DNA from: an uncultured Gammaproteobacteria bacterium
GTDB lineage: Bacteria; Pseudomonadota; Gammaproteobacteria; CAWCPV01
Direction: 5' to 3'
Assembly: GCA_963797555.1 (NCBI GenBank)
Contig: CAWCPV010000005.1
Location: forward strand, 96,001-160,000
DNA: 64,000 nt
Of the stretch, positions 47,781 through 57,632 are shown in pieces. The notes beneath the pieces were generated by a model, which was given only the letters and a program-made list of their open reading frames with translations, ran no database searches and was not told the origin of the DNA. The translations under genes were made by a program, and so were the position numbers. How positions within the stretch are numbered: the first letter of the stretch is position 1; every line of letters starts with the position of its first letter.

Positions 47781-48651
47781 TCGGGATCGCTATGCTCTGG
47801 ACCCTCGGGACGTGCGCCGTTCGTTCCAGGAGGCCGCCCCTCTTTACGACGGTGTTGCGTTGCTTCAGCGGCGCGTGCGCGAATCCATGCTGGAGAGGCT
47901 GGAGCTGGTGAAGATCACGCCGCGCACGGTCCTGGATGCGGGCGCGGGGACCGGGCACACGGCGGCGGCGTTGGCGAGGCGCTACTCCGGCGCGCTGGTG
48001 GTCGCCATGGACTTGGCACCGGCCATGCTGGAGCAGGCCCGACGGCGCGCCGCATGGTTTCGCAAACAAGGGTTCGTCTGCGCTGACCTCCAGCGCGCGC
48101 CCCTGGCCGATGGCAGCGTGGACCTGCTGTTCTCCAGTCTCGCTCTGCAATGGTGCAGCGACTTGGACGCGGTTTTCGCGGAATTTCACCGCATCCTGGC
48201 GGCGGACGGCCTGCTCACTTTCTCCACCTTCGGACCGGACACGCTGAAGGAGCTGCGGGATGCCTGGCGACAGGCCGACGAGTTCAGCCACGTGAACGCC
48301 TTCCTGGACATGCACGACATTGGGGACGCACTGGTACGGGCCGGCTTCCAAGGAGCGGCGTTGGACGTAGAGCGTTTCACGCTGACCTATCCCGACGTGT
48401 ATGGTCTTATGCGCGACCTCAAGGCCATGGGGGCGCACAACGTGACCGCGGGACGCCGCCCCGCGCTCACCGGCAAGGGGCGAATCGCGGCCATGACGCG
48501 CAACTACGAGGCGCGGCGCACCGATGCCGGGCAGATCCCGGCGAGCTACGAGGTGGTCTACGGCCATGCCTGGACCCCACAGACCCGTGGACACGCGTCG
48601 GACGACGGTTTCCGGATACCGGTCTCGGCAGTGCGCCGGACCATTCGCTGA
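47773..48651 (+). CDS. bioC: Malonyl-ACP O-methyltransferase
   Basis: Motifs LDAGAGTG, SSL.LQW, STFGP.TL.EL, DMHDIGD and YEV.YG. Confidence 0.95.
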   Translation: MSDRDRYALDPRDVRRSFQEAAPLYDGVALLQRRVRESMLERLELVKITPRTVLDAGAGTGHTAAALARRYSGALVVAMDLAPAMLEQARRRAAWFRKQGFVCADLQRAPLADGSVDLLFSSLALQWCSDLDAVFAEFHRILAADGLLTFSTFGPDTLKELRDAWRQADEFSHVNAFLDMHDIGDALVRAGFQGAALDVERFTLTYPDVYGLMRDLKAMGAHNVTAGRRPALTGKGRIAAMTRNYEARRTDAGQIPASYEVVYGHAWTPQTRGHASDDGFRIPVSAVRRTIR

Positions 48652-48658
48652 CGGCGGG

Positions 48659-49342
48659 ATGATGCGCGGCTTCTTCCTGACCGGGACGGACACCGGCGTC
48701 GGCAAGACCTGTGTCGCCCTGGGGCTCATGGCGGGCCTGCAAGCGCGAGGCCATACGGTGCTCGGCATGAAGCCGGTGGCAACGGGCTGCCGCCCGACCC
48801 GCCAGGGTCTGCGCAACGACGACGCCGTGCGCCTGCGACGCCGGGCGTCGCTCCGCGTCCCCTACCGCTGGGTCAACCCCTATGCCTTCGAGCCGCCCGT
48901 GGCGCCACACATCGCGGCTGGCGAGTGCGGCGTATCCATCGATCTGTCCCTCATCGGTGCCAGCATGGCGCAGCTCGCGGGGCGAGCGGACTTGGTGGTG
49001 GTGGAGGGCTTGGGCGGCTGGAGGGTACCGCTCGGGCCCGACACGACGGTGGCCGACCTCGCCGTGACCCTGGGCGTCCCCGTCGTGCTGGTGGTGGCGG
49101 TGCGGCTGGGATGTTTGAACCACGCCCTGCTCACCTACGAGAGCATCCTCCGAGCAGAGGTACGTCTTGCGGGCTGGGTGGCGAACCGGGCGGATCCCCA
49201 TTGCGATCGCTTCGAGGCGAACATTGCAACTCTACGTCAACGTCTGGCCGCCCCCCTGATCGGCACGCTGCCGCACATGCCCCGACCGGGCGCAGTGGCG
49301 GCGGCACGCCTGCTGAATTTGGGGCTGTTCGCGGGGATCTAG
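48659..49342 (+). CDS. bioD: Dethiobiotin synthase
   Basis: Motifs TGTDTGVGKT, KPVA.G, VEG.GG and LG.LNHA.LT. Confidence 0.96.
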   Translation: MMRGFFLTGTDTGVGKTCVALGLMAGLQARGHTVLGMKPVATGCRPTRQGLRNDDAVRLRRRASLRVPYRWVNPYAFEPPVAPHIAAGECGVSIDLSLIGASMAQLAGRADLVVVEGLGGWRVPLGPDTTVADLAVTLGVPVVLVVAVRLGCLNHALLTYESILRAEVRLAGWVANRADPHCDRFEANIATLRQRLAAPLIGTLPHMPRPGAVAAARLLNLGLFAGI

Positions 49343-49848
49343 GGGAACGGCGGGATGGTGGGCTCGGTGCCCTCGATTTCGGCCTCGGGGTGGTGCTGCT
49401 TGACCATCTCCTCGATGGCCTCCACCTTGGCCTTCGGGACGTCCACCAACATCAGCACCTCCCCTTGCTCGATCGCCTTCGTGAACTCCTTGATGCGGCT
49501 ATTCGGGATGGAAGCGCCGATCATGCTCGATACCCACGCGCCGACGCCGGCCCCGGCCAGCGCGATGGCGAGCACCGCGCCGCCACCGAGGATCAACCCG
49601 GCTGGTGGAAAGGTGATCGCCGCCAGTCCGGCCAGCACCCCGGTCGCTCCCCCAATGGCCAAGCCCTTCTCCAGGGCCGGGACAAAGTCCGTTTTCTGCA
49701 GGAATGTCGCCTCCGGCAAGTCCTCCATCGGCGTCCCCTCCTTGGCGACCAGATGCATGTGCCTCTCCTCCACGCGGGCAAGCAGCAGCTCGTCCACGAC
49801 CTTCCGCGCCGTGTCGATGTCGGGTACCAGAAAATAGATTCTCCTCAT
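49339..49848 (-). CDS. DUF1269-like membrane protein
   Basis: MRRIYFL.PD, a Gly/Ala-rich hairpin and F..AIE.G.VL..VDVP. Confidence 0.75.
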   Translation of the reverse strand: MRRIYFLVPDIDTARKVVDELLLARVEERHMHLVAKEGTPMEDLPEATFLQKTDFVPALEKGLAIGGATGVLAGLAAITFPPAGLILGGGAVLAIALAGAGVGAWVSSMIGASIPNSRIKEFTKAIEQGEVLMLVDVPKAKVEAIEEMVKQHHPEAEIEGTEPTIPPFP

Positions 49849-50153
49849 TGGCGGTCTCCTGTCAGTAGGTCACCCTTATCTGTTTCAGCACCCACAGCAC
49901 TCGGCCCCTGAAGCTCCCGAGGCCCTGCTCCAACGCGTCGAGGGGCGCCGAGCGGGGGTGACGCCGGCCCCCTGGGACCTAAGGGCGCGGCGAGCGCTGG
50001 AGCAGGGCCACAGGCAGCGCAATCATATATCCCCCGCGTTGTGCTGACAAACCCCGCCGCGGTCTTGCGCCGGGCGGCTCTCCTACGGTATCCTGCCGCG
50101 CTGTTGTCGCGGGTCCCGATGGCTGCGAGACCCTGTCGGTGCGGCACGGGACA

Positions 50154-50690
50154 ATGGGTGTTTTCATGGTTCTCGCTCGGCGTGACCCGGACGCGGCTAA
50201 CTGGCAGTTCGTGATCCGCCCCAACCGCTCGCTTTCTTGGCGGGAGACCAAGGTTTTTTTTGCGCTGACGTGCGCCGTCTCCTTCACGATCGCGACCGTG
50301 TTTACAGCGCTGGGGGCGTGGCTGGTATTCCCTTTCGCCGGTCTCGAGATGCTGGCGTTGGGCGGCGCGCTCTATGTGAGCGCGTTGCGAGCAGCCTGCT
50401 ACGAGGTGGTAACTATCCGCAGCGGCGACCTCGAGGTCACCAAGGGCCGAAGGCGCATCACCGAGCGATGGGTGGTCCCTCGCCCTTGGGCTCAGGTTCG
50501 TCTGGAGCCAGGACGACACGAGTGGTACCCGAGCCAGTTGTGCATCGTGTCACGCGGCTGCGGCGTCGAGGTCGGCGGCTGTCTGAGCGAAGAAGAGCGC
50601 AGGTCGCTCGCCGCCGACCTGAAATCGGCTCTGCGCGCGAATGGTCCGGAGGGCCCGCGCGTGACGCTCGAACAAGAGACTATTGGGTAG
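50154..50690 (+). CDS. DUF2244 family membrane protein
   Basis: Motifs PNRSL, GAW.V.PFAGLE and VE.G..L.EEER..LA. Typical neighbour of cox operons. Confidence 0.85.
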   Translation: MGVFMVLARRDPDAANWQFVIRPNRSLSWRETKVFFALTCAVSFTIATVFTALGAWLVFPFAGLEMLALGGALYVSALRAACYEVVTIRSGDLEVTKGRRRITERWVVPRPWAQVRLEPGRHEWYPSQLCIVSRGCGVEVGGCLSEEERRSLAADLKSALRANGPEGPRVTLEQETIG

Positions 50691-50704
50691 ACAGAGGAAA
50701 CGAA

Positions 50705-51577
50705 ATGTCCGGTAACAGAGTGCCACTCGTCGCATGCTCCGGTGTCCTGGCGGCCCTGGACGCCGCTCCGGCAGCCGCGGACTATGCCGTGAACTTCCAA
50801 CCGCCGGTCACGCCGGTGGCGGCCGACATCTACGACCTCCACATGCTGGTCTTCTGGATCTGCGTGGTCATCGGCGCAGCAGTCTTCAGCGTCATGTTCT
50901 ACGCCATCTTCCGCTACCGGAAATCCGTCGGCGCCCAAGCCGCCCACTTTCACGAGAACACCGCGGTCGAAGTCATCTGGACGATCGTCCCCTTTCTCAT
51001 CCTCGTGGGGCTCGCGATCCCGGCCACGCGCACGCTCATCGCCATGGAGGACACGCGGGACGCCGATCTCACCGTCAAGGTGACAGGGTACCAGTGGAAG
51101 TGGAATTACGACTACGTGGATGACGGCGTCAGCTTCTTCAGCACCCTGTCCACACCCGGGGAAGCCATAGAGAATCGCGCACCCAAGGGAGAGCATTACC
51201 TGCTGGAGGTGGATCACGAGCTGGTCCTCCCCGTCGACAAGAAGGTCCGGTTTCTGATTACGGCGCACGACGTGATTCACTCCTGGTGGGTGCCCGCCTT
51301 GGGGGTGAAGAAGGATGCGATCCCCGGCTACATCAACGAGTCCTGGGCGAAGATCGAGAAGCCCGGTGTCTACCGCGGCCAGTGCGCGGAGTTGTGCGGC
51401 GTCGGCCACGGGTTCATGCCCATCGTCGTGCGCGCCGTCAGCGAGGGCGAATACAAGCGATGGATCGCACAGCAGAAGGCGGCCGCCCCGGCTCCGACAC
51501 CGACGAGCGGTGAATCGCAGGGCGAGGGGGCGAAAAAGGCGACCGCTGGGTCCGGCACAGCGGCAGGCAAAGTCTGA
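50705..51577 (+). CDS. coxB: Cytochrome c oxidase subunit II
   Basis: Motifs E..WT..P, GYQWKW.Y, DVIHSW and CuA motif CAELCG.GH.FM. No fused cytochrome c domain. Confidence 0.97.
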   Translation: MSGNRVPLVACSGVLAALDAAPAAADYAVNFQPPVTPVAADIYDLHMLVFWICVVIGAAVFSVMFYAIFRYRKSVGAQAAHFHENTAVEVIWTIVPFLILVGLAIPATRTLIAMEDTRDADLTVKVTGYQWKWNYDYVDDGVSFFSTLSTPGEAIENRAPKGEHYLLEVDHELVLPVDKKVRFLITAHDVIHSWWVPALGVKKDAIPGYINESWAKIEKPGVYRGQCAELCGVGHGFMPIVVRAVSEGEYKRWIAQQKAAAPAPTPTSGESQGEGAKKATAGSGTAAGKV

Positions 51578-51622
51578 CCCGACCGCGTCGTCCATCGATT
51601 GGATTCCAGTCAGGAGGGTTCG

Positions 51623-53194
51623 ATGAGCACAGCAGTGGCACACGGTGAGCACCACGAGATCCCAACGGGCATCAAACGCTGGCTGTTTACGACCAACCAC
51701 AAGGACATCGGGACGCTTTACCTGTTCCTGGCCTTGATCATGTTCTTCGTCGGCGGAACCATGGCGCTCATCATCCGCGCCGAGCTGTTTCAGCCTGGGC
51801 TGCAGATCACCACTCCGGCGTTCTTCAACGAGATGCAGACCGTGCATGCCCTGGTGATGATCTTCGGGGCGGTGATGCCAGCCTTCACCGGGCTCGCGAA
51901 CTGGCAGATCCCGATGATGATCGGGTCTCCCGACATGGCCCTGCCGCGCCTCAACAACTGGAGCTTCTGGCTCCTGCCGTTCGCTTTCACACTGCTGCTC
52001 TCGACGCTGTTCATGCCGGGGGGAGGTCCCCAGGGCGGCTGGACCCTCTACCCGCCGCTCGCCCTGCAGTTCGGCCCCGGGATGGACTTCGCGATTTTCT
52101 CCATCCACATCATGGGGGCTTCTTCCATTCTGGGTGCCATCAACGTGATCGCGACCATCCTCAACATGCGGGCCCCGGGGATGACCCTGATGAAGATGCC
52201 CCTGTTTGTATGGGCCTGGCTGATCACCGCTTTCTTGCTCATCGCCGTGATGCCGGTGCTGGCCGGAGCGGTGACCATGCTACTCACCGACCGGCACTTC
52301 GGCACCAGCTTCTTCGAGGCGGCGGGCGGCGGCGACCCGGTATTGTTCCAGCACATCTTCTGGTTCTTCGGGCATCCGGAGGTGTACATCCTGATCCTGC
52401 CGGCGTTCGGCGTGATCTCGCAGATCATCCCGACTTTCGCGCGCAAGCCGCTGTTCGGATACACCTCAATGGTATACGCCATCGCTTCCATCGCCTTCCT
52501 CTCGTTCATCGTCTGGGCACACCATATGTTCACTGTGGGGATGCCCTTGGCCGGCGAGCTGTTCTTCATGTATGCCACCGTGCTCATCGCAGTTCCGACC
52601 GGGGTGAAGGTATTCAACTGGGTGTCCACCATGTGGCGCGGCTCCATGAGCTTCGAGACGCCCATGCTGTGGGCGATCGCCTTCGTGGTGCTGTTCACCA
52701 TTGGCGGCTTCTCCGGCCTGATGCTGGGTGTGGCGCCGGCAGACTTCCAATACCAGGATACTTATTTCGTGGTGGCGCACTTCCACTATGTGCTCGTCTC
52801 CGGCGCGGTGTTCGCGATTATCGGAGCCGTGTACTTCTGGCTGCCGAAGTGGACCGGGCACATGTACGACGAGAAGCTGGGCAAGTGGCACTTCTGGCTC
52901 TCAGTCATCGGTATGAACGTCACCTTTTTCCCGCAGCACTTCCTGGGGCTGGCGGGCATGCCGCGCCGCATCCCGGATTACGCGGTGCAATTCACCGGGT
53001 TCAACGAGATCTCGAGCGTCGGCGCCTTCGTATTCGGGTTCTCGCAGCTCATCTTCGTCTACGTCGTCTACAAGACCATTCGGGGGGGCGCCAGGGCATC
53101 GGACCGGGTGTGGGAAGGCGCCAGGGGGCTGGAGTGGACGCTGCCGTCGCCGCCTCCTTATCACACCTTCGCGACGCCGCCGGAGGTCAAATAG
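51623..53194 (+). CDS. coxA: Cytochrome c oxidase subunit I (A1 type)
   Basis: Motifs [29 protein letters not shown] and GMPRR. Confidence 0.98.
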   Translation: MSTAVAHGEHHEIPTGIKRWLFTTNHKDIGTLYLFLALIMFFVGGTMALIIRAELFQPGLQITTPAFFNEMQTVHALVMIFGAVMPAFTGLANWQIPMMIGSPDMALPRLNNWSFWLLPFAFTLLLSTLFMPGGGPQGGWTLYPPLALQFGPGMDFAIFSIHIMGASSILGAINVIATILNMRAPGMTLMKMPLFVWAWLITAFLLIAVMPVLAGAVTMLLTDRHFGTSFFEAAGGGDPVLFQHIFWFFGHPEVYILILPAFGVISQIIPTFARKPLFGYTSMVYAIASIAFLSFIVWAHHMFTVGMPLAGELFFMYATVLIAVPTGVKVFNWVSTMWRGSMSFETPMLWAIAFVVLFTIGGFSGLMLGVAPADFQYQDTYFVVAHFHYVLVSGAVFAIIGAVYFWLPKWTGHMYDEKLGKWHFWLSVIGMNVTFFPQHFLGLAGMPRRIPDYAVQFTGFNEISSVGAFVFGFSQLIFVYVVYKTIRGGARASDRVWEGARGLEWTLPSPPPYHTFATPPEVK

Positions 53195-53248
53195 CAGGTA
53201 CGAGAAGCGGGCGGCCCGGCGTGGGCCGGCCGCAATGCGGCGCGACGG

Positions 53249-53365
53249 ATGGCGGATCAGGACCGAAAGACCCGGCGTGCGAACCTCCGCCTGCTCGTGC
53301 TGTTGTTACTGTTGGCTGCGGGAATCTATATCGCATTCCTCGTGGGGTACGGGTTTACCCGGTGA
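53249..53365 (+). CDS. 38-aa single-TM protein in the cox operon
   Basis: Manual translation MADQDRKTRRANLRLLVLLLLLAAGIYIAFLVGYGFTR*. Shorter than any ORF in the track. Confidence 0.6.
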   Translation: MADQDRKTRRANLRLLVLLLLLAAGIYIAFLVGYGFTR

Positions 53366-53610
53366 CGGGATCGACCCCACGAACCGCAGTCCGCGTCCTG
53401 CTGGTGATGCCGCTGAGCGTCGCCCTCGGCATCTCGGCTTATTCGGTCTTGCGCATCCACAGCGTCATCTGCAAAGGCGGCGATATCGGCCCGGGGAGCG
53501 AGCACCCCGCCAACCCCGCTATCGGGAGGCGCAGCCGCTTTGTTCACGATCTCGCGGATAGCGCGGGGTTGACTGGAGCGCAATCGGTGACACCATTCAG
53601 GGCAAGCTAA
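53362..53610 (+). pseudogene. 82-codon ORF at the ctaG/cox11 position, possibly a degenerate relic
   Basis: GTGA overlap with the upstream ORF. A TM segment is followed by IC, as in the Cox11 N-terminus, but there is no CFCF copper domain. Confidence 0.4.
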
Positions 53611-53624
53611 GAAGAGGAGCAGAG

Positions 53625-54503
53625 ATGGCACACGCACAGCACGGCGGTTACTACCTACCAGACCCTAGCCGATGGCCGGTCACGGCGTCGGCCGCGCTGT
53701 TCTTGATGGCGGTCGGGGCGGGCTCGTGGATCAACGGCCTCGGTGTGGGCAAGTACATCCTGCTCCTGGGATTCCTCGTCCTGCTCTATGTGATCGTGGG
53801 GTGGTTCGGCACGGTCATTCGAGAGAACGAGGGGGGAATGTACAACAGCCAAGTGGATAAGTCCTTCCGCTGGGGGATGATGTGGTTCATCTTTTCGGAG
53901 GTGATGTTCTTCGGCGCCTTCTTCGGCGCCCTGTTCTATTCCCGGGTGCTGTCGGTCCCCTGGCTGGGTGGGGAGGGCGCCAAGTTTGCGACCCACCACT
54001 ATCTGTGGCCGCATTTCGAGGCGATCTGGCCTCTGATTCACATGCCCAACCCCGCCAACTACTCGGTGCCCGAGGAGCCCATGGCGGCTTGGGGAATCCC
54101 GGCGCTCAACACGCTGATATTGCTCTCCAGCGGCGTGACCGTCACCTGGGCACACTGGGGCTTGAAGATGAACCGGCGCGCTCAGCTAATCGTCGGCCTC
54201 ATCTTCACCGTGGCGCTGGGCTTCCTGTTCCTGGCTCTGCAGGCGCATGAGTACGGGCACGCCTACGAGGAGTTGAACCTGAAGCTGACCTCGGGGATCT
54301 ACGGGACGACCTTCTTCATGCTAACGGGCTTCCACGGGCTGCACGTGACCCTCGGGGCCATCATGCTGAGCGTAATCCTCGGCCGTAGCATCGCCGGCCA
54401 CTTCAAGCCGGACGACCACTTCGGCTTCGAGGCCGTGGCGTGGTACTGGCACTTCGTGGACGTGGTCTGGCTGGGCCTGTTCATCTTCGTCTATTGGCTC
54501 TGA
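53625..54503 (+). CDS. coxC: Cytochrome c oxidase subunit III
   Basis: Motifs WFIFSEVMFF, NT.IL.SS, FF.LTGFHG.HV and WYWHFVDVVW. Confidence 0.97.
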   Translation: MAHAQHGGYYLPDPSRWPVTASAALFLMAVGAGSWINGLGVGKYILLLGFLVLLYVIVGWFGTVIRENEGGMYNSQVDKSFRWGMMWFIFSEVMFFGAFFGALFYSRVLSVPWLGGEGAKFATHHYLWPHFEAIWPLIHMPNPANYSVPEEPMAAWGIPALNTLILLSSGVTVTWAHWGLKMNRRAQLIVGLIFTVALGFLFLALQAHEYGHAYEELNLKLTSGIYGTTFFMLTGFHGLHVTLGAIMLSVILGRSIAGHFKPDDHFGFEAVAWYWHFVDVVWLGLFIFVYWL

Positions 54504-54519
54504 ACCGGATCGTCTCGGC

Positions 54520-54551
54520 AAGGGGCGCTGCCGCCGACGCAGCGCCCTTTC
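54520..54551. terminator. Bidirectional hairpin terminator between convergent genes
   Basis: AAGGGGCGCTGC-loop-GCAGCGCCCTTT. Confidence 0.6.
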
Positions 54552-54573
54552 TGTCGAAGGGCCTGTGCCGGTT

Positions 54574-54783
54574 CTAAAAGCCGGGGGCGTGGGGGCGTAT
54601 CAGGCCGAACGCGAAGCCGATGATGAGCAGCAGGAACAACGTGAGGGAGAGCGCGATGCGCCACGTCAACGCCTTCACCGTGCGATTGGTTTGCCCCTTG
54701 TCCTGAATGAGCGCAAAGAGGCCAAAGCCCAGCGCGGCCACGATCAGGAGCAGCATGAGGATGACAAAGAGCTTGGCTAGCAT
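54574..54783 (-). CDS. Twin transmembrane helix small protein (DUF2909-like)
   Basis: L..GLF.L..DKG...RTV.ALTWRI.LS..LF, at its conserved position between coxC and SURF1. Confidence 0.88.
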   Translation of the reverse strand: MLAKLFVILMLLLIVAALGFGLFALIQDKGQTNRTVKALTWRIALSLTLFLLLIIGFAFGLIRPHAPGF

Positions 54784-54812
54784 CGAAAGCCTCGCTGGAG
54801 GTGGGCAAGTCG

Positions 54813-54947
54813 GAGCTTGTGAAGAAATCGTCGCGAGCGGCCCGAGAGCAAGGCGCACGGAGCGCAGCGGCGAGACATATCGAGCAGATAGGCGAGAAGC
54901 GAGCGCCGCGCGACGCCGCTCTCTGCAGCAGATATATTCACAGGCTC
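54813..54947. repeat. MITE-like repeat, copy 4 (cleanest, 135 bp)
   Basis: Imperfect terminal inverted repeats GAGCTTGTGAAGAAATC / GATATATTCACAGGCTC (14/17). Confidence 0.78.
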
Positions 54948-54975
54948 TCAGTATAGCCCATGGATCGCCTCGGCC

Positions 54976-55755
54976 GTGACAGGCAGACTGGGTTTTCGCT
55001 GCGCCAGCGTCGAGTTCTCGGCCTCGTTCGGGGTAACTGCGCTGACCCTGCTGCTCGCGGCGATGCTGGTGAGTCTCGGGGTCTGGCAGTTGGAGCGTGG
55101 GTGGTACAAGGAGGCCCTGGAGGACCTGCACCGGGCGCGAACCACCGATGAGGCGGTCCGACTCTCTGTCCCGATCAAGGACGCCGAGGCGCTGCGTTAC
55201 CGCCGGGTGGTTCTGAGGGGGCGATATGACCCAGCCCATTTGGTGCTCTTGGACAACCGCGTCCAGGCGGGACGGGTTGGCTACGAGGTCTTCAGCCCCC
55301 TGCAACTCGAGACGCCAGACTTGTGGCTCCTGATCGACCGCGGCTGGGTGCCCCTAGGGGAAACGCGGGCGCAGCTCCCGGAAGTGACCACCCCGACAGG
55401 CGTCACTGAGCTGGCGGGGCTCCTCGATTTCCCCCCAGGGAAGACCTTGACCCTGGGCGAAACGGAAACGCCTGGCTGGCCGAAGGTGGTGCAGTATGTG
55501 GATCTGCGGCAGCTTTCGCAACGCCTCGGTCACCCACTGCAACCCATGGTCGTCCTGCTGGACGCGCGGGCACCCTTCGGCTTCCTGCGCCGCTGGCAGG
55601 TCACTCCGATGGGTGCGGGACGGCACTTCGCTTATGCAGTCCAATGGTTCGCAATGGCGGTCCTTCTGTTGGTGCTCTACGGACTGCTTCACTCCCACCG
55701 CGCATCGCCAGCTACCTCTGATGGACACGCCGCACCTGCAAGCCCCGAGCGTTAG
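54976..55755 (+). CDS. SURF1 family protein
   Basis: Motifs LG.WQL.R, LLDNR...G..GY.V..P, IDRGWVP and H..YA.QWF. Confidence 0.94.
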   Translation: MTGRLGFRCASVEFSASFGVTALTLLLAAMLVSLGVWQLERGWYKEALEDLHRARTTDEAVRLSVPIKDAEALRYRRVVLRGRYDPAHLVLLDNRVQAGRVGYEVFSPLQLETPDLWLLIDRGWVPLGETRAQLPEVTTPTGVTELAGLLDFPPGKTLTLGETETPGWPKVVQYVDLRQLSQRLGHPLQPMVVLLDARAPFGFLRRWQVTPMGAGRHFAYAVQWFAMAVLLLVLYGLLHSHRASPATSDGHAAPASPER

Positions 55756-56332
55756 CGCCGGCCGGCGGATGTTGCTGCTCATAGCGCTGCTGTTCGCGGC
55801 GCCGGTACTGCTCGGCTGGGCCGTGTACGCCACGCGAGGCTGGTGGAATCTGGAAACGGTCAATTACGGCGAGCTGATCCGTCCTGCACGCCCCCTCCAA
55901 GATCAGGCGCTGCGGCGGCTGGGTGGCGGCGCCCTGCGTCTCGATCACCTGCGAGGGAAGTGGACCCTGGTATACCTGGGTCCTTCCAGTTGCCCGACGA
56001 ACTGCCGCGACAGCCTGTACAAGATGCGCCAGGTGCGGCTCGCGCTTGGCGAGGACAGCCTGCGGGTGCAGCGGCTGTTTGTGCTCACCGACAGAGGGGA
56101 CCCGGGAGCCCTGCCGCCGCTTCTGGCTCAGCATCCCGGACTGACGGTGGCGACGGCGGAGGGGCCGGCGCTGCATGAGCTGGTGGGAGAATTCTCCCCG
56201 CGCGGTCTCGATGACGCGGTCTATCTCGTAGACCCCCTCGGGAATCTCATGATGCGCTATCCTCAGGGTTTCCAGCCGAGGGGGATGTTGCGGGACCTGC
56301 AGCGGCTGCTCCAGGTCTCGAGTATCGGGTAA
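55721..56332 (+). CDS. SCO-like/thioredoxin-fold membrane-anchored protein of cox operons
   Basis: Motifs NYGELI.P, GKW.LVY, C...C and DPLGN.MM.Y. Confidence 0.82.
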   Translation: MDTPHLQAPSVSAGRRMLLLIALLFAAPVLLGWAVYATRGWWNLETVNYGELIRPARPLQDQALRRLGGGALRLDHLRGKWTLVYLGPSSCPTNCRDSLYKMRQVRLALGEDSLRVQRLFVLTDRGDPGALPPLLAQHPGLTVATAEGPALHELVGEFSPRGLDDAVYLVDPLGNLMMRYPQGFQPRGMLRDLQRLLQVSSIG

Positions 56333-56444
56333 CGGCCAGAGGCGGCTGGTCTGCACTGCCCTCATGGCAGGCGGCAGCGGGCCATCCTCCGGCAAGGTGT
56401 CGGTGGGAGACTCAAGGGGCTCGGCCCCACGGGGAGACTCTGAG

Positions 56445-57380
56445 ATGTCTAGAACGACAGCGACCAGGCAATCCTGGTGGGCCGGCGACAGACCGACTCC
56501 GTGGCGGGAATATCTGGAGCTCTGCAAGCCGCGGGTCGTCGTGCTGCTGGTGTTTACGGCCATTGCGGGTATGTTCCTCGCCACGCCGGGCATGGTGCCC
56601 GCGGGCATTCTGGTGTTCGGTGCGGCCGGAATCGGTCTGGTGGCTTCCGCCGCCGCCGCCATCAATCACGTGGTCGACCAACGCGCCGACGCCATCATGG
56701 CGCGCACCCGACATCGCCCGCTCCCTGCCGGCCAGGTGAGCACCTCTCAGGCCCTGCTCTTCGCCGCGGTGCTGGGGGTTTCAGGAACTGCGCTGCTGAC
56801 CGCTGTGGTCAATTCCCTGACGGCCGTACTGACCGTCGTATCCCTCATCGGGTATGCGGTGGTCTATACGTTATTTCTCAAGCGCGCGACGCCGCAGAAC
56901 ATCGTGATCGGCGGGGCGGCCGGGGCCGCGCCCCCCGTGCTCGGTTGGACGGCGGTCACGGGCCAGTTGGACCCTCATGCTCTGCTGCTGTTCTTGATCA
57001 TCTTTGTGTGGACGCCGCCGCATTTCTGGGCCCTCGCCATTCATCGCCGCGACGAGTACGCGAGCGCGGGCATCCCGATGCTCCCGGTGACCCACGGAGT
57101 CGATTACACGCGACTCCAGATACTGCTCTATAGCGTGTTGCTGCTCGCCGTGAGCGTCCTGCCCTTCGCCACCCACATGTCCGGTCTGCTGTACCTCGTC
57201 GGGGCGCTGATGCTCGGGGTGGGGTTCCTGTACCATGCGGTGATGCTCTTCAGGTCCAGCGACGGGCGGTGGGCACTGCGCACCTTCCTGTACTCCATCC
57301 ACTACTTGACCGCATTGTTTGCGCTCCTCATGGCCGACCACTACACGCCGCTCCTCGCCGGCTGGCTGCGGAGCGCGTGA
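56445..57380 (+). CDS. cyoE: Heme o synthase (protoheme IX farnesyltransferase)
   Basis: Motifs L.KPRVV, D...D..M.RT..RP, LKR.TPQNIVIGG.AGA and WTPPHFWAL. Confidence 0.96.
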   Translation: MSRTTATRQSWWAGDRPTPWREYLELCKPRVVVLLVFTAIAGMFLATPGMVPAGILVFGAAGIGLVASAAAAINHVVDQRADAIMARTRHRPLPAGQVSTSQALLFAAVLGVSGTALLTAVVNSLTAVLTVVSLIGYAVVYTLFLKRATPQNIVIGGAAGAAPPVLGWTAVTGQLDPHALLLFLIIFVWTPPHFWALAIHRRDEYASAGIPMLPVTHGVDYTRLQILLYSVLLLAVSVLPFATHMSGLLYLVGALMLGVGFLYHAVMLFRSSDGRWALRTFLYSIHYLTALFALLMADHYTPLLAGWLRSA

Positions 57381-57632
57381 GGGAGGCACCGCGCACCGTC
57401 GACGGACGACGCGCACCCCCCATGCAAGGCCGGCGTTTCGTTGCGGCCGGTCGCATTGCGAGCCGCACCGGTCCGGAGTGGGAATGCGGCGGTGATGCCC
57501 GGCCATGCGGCCGCTGATGCGTTTCGACGGGATCTTGGATACCTTCGGCGTCACGCGCAGCCTGTGAGAGGTCCAGGACGCACGGATGCGCCAATCTACC
57601 GCAGAGGTACGGTATCGAGTTGCCGAGCTACT

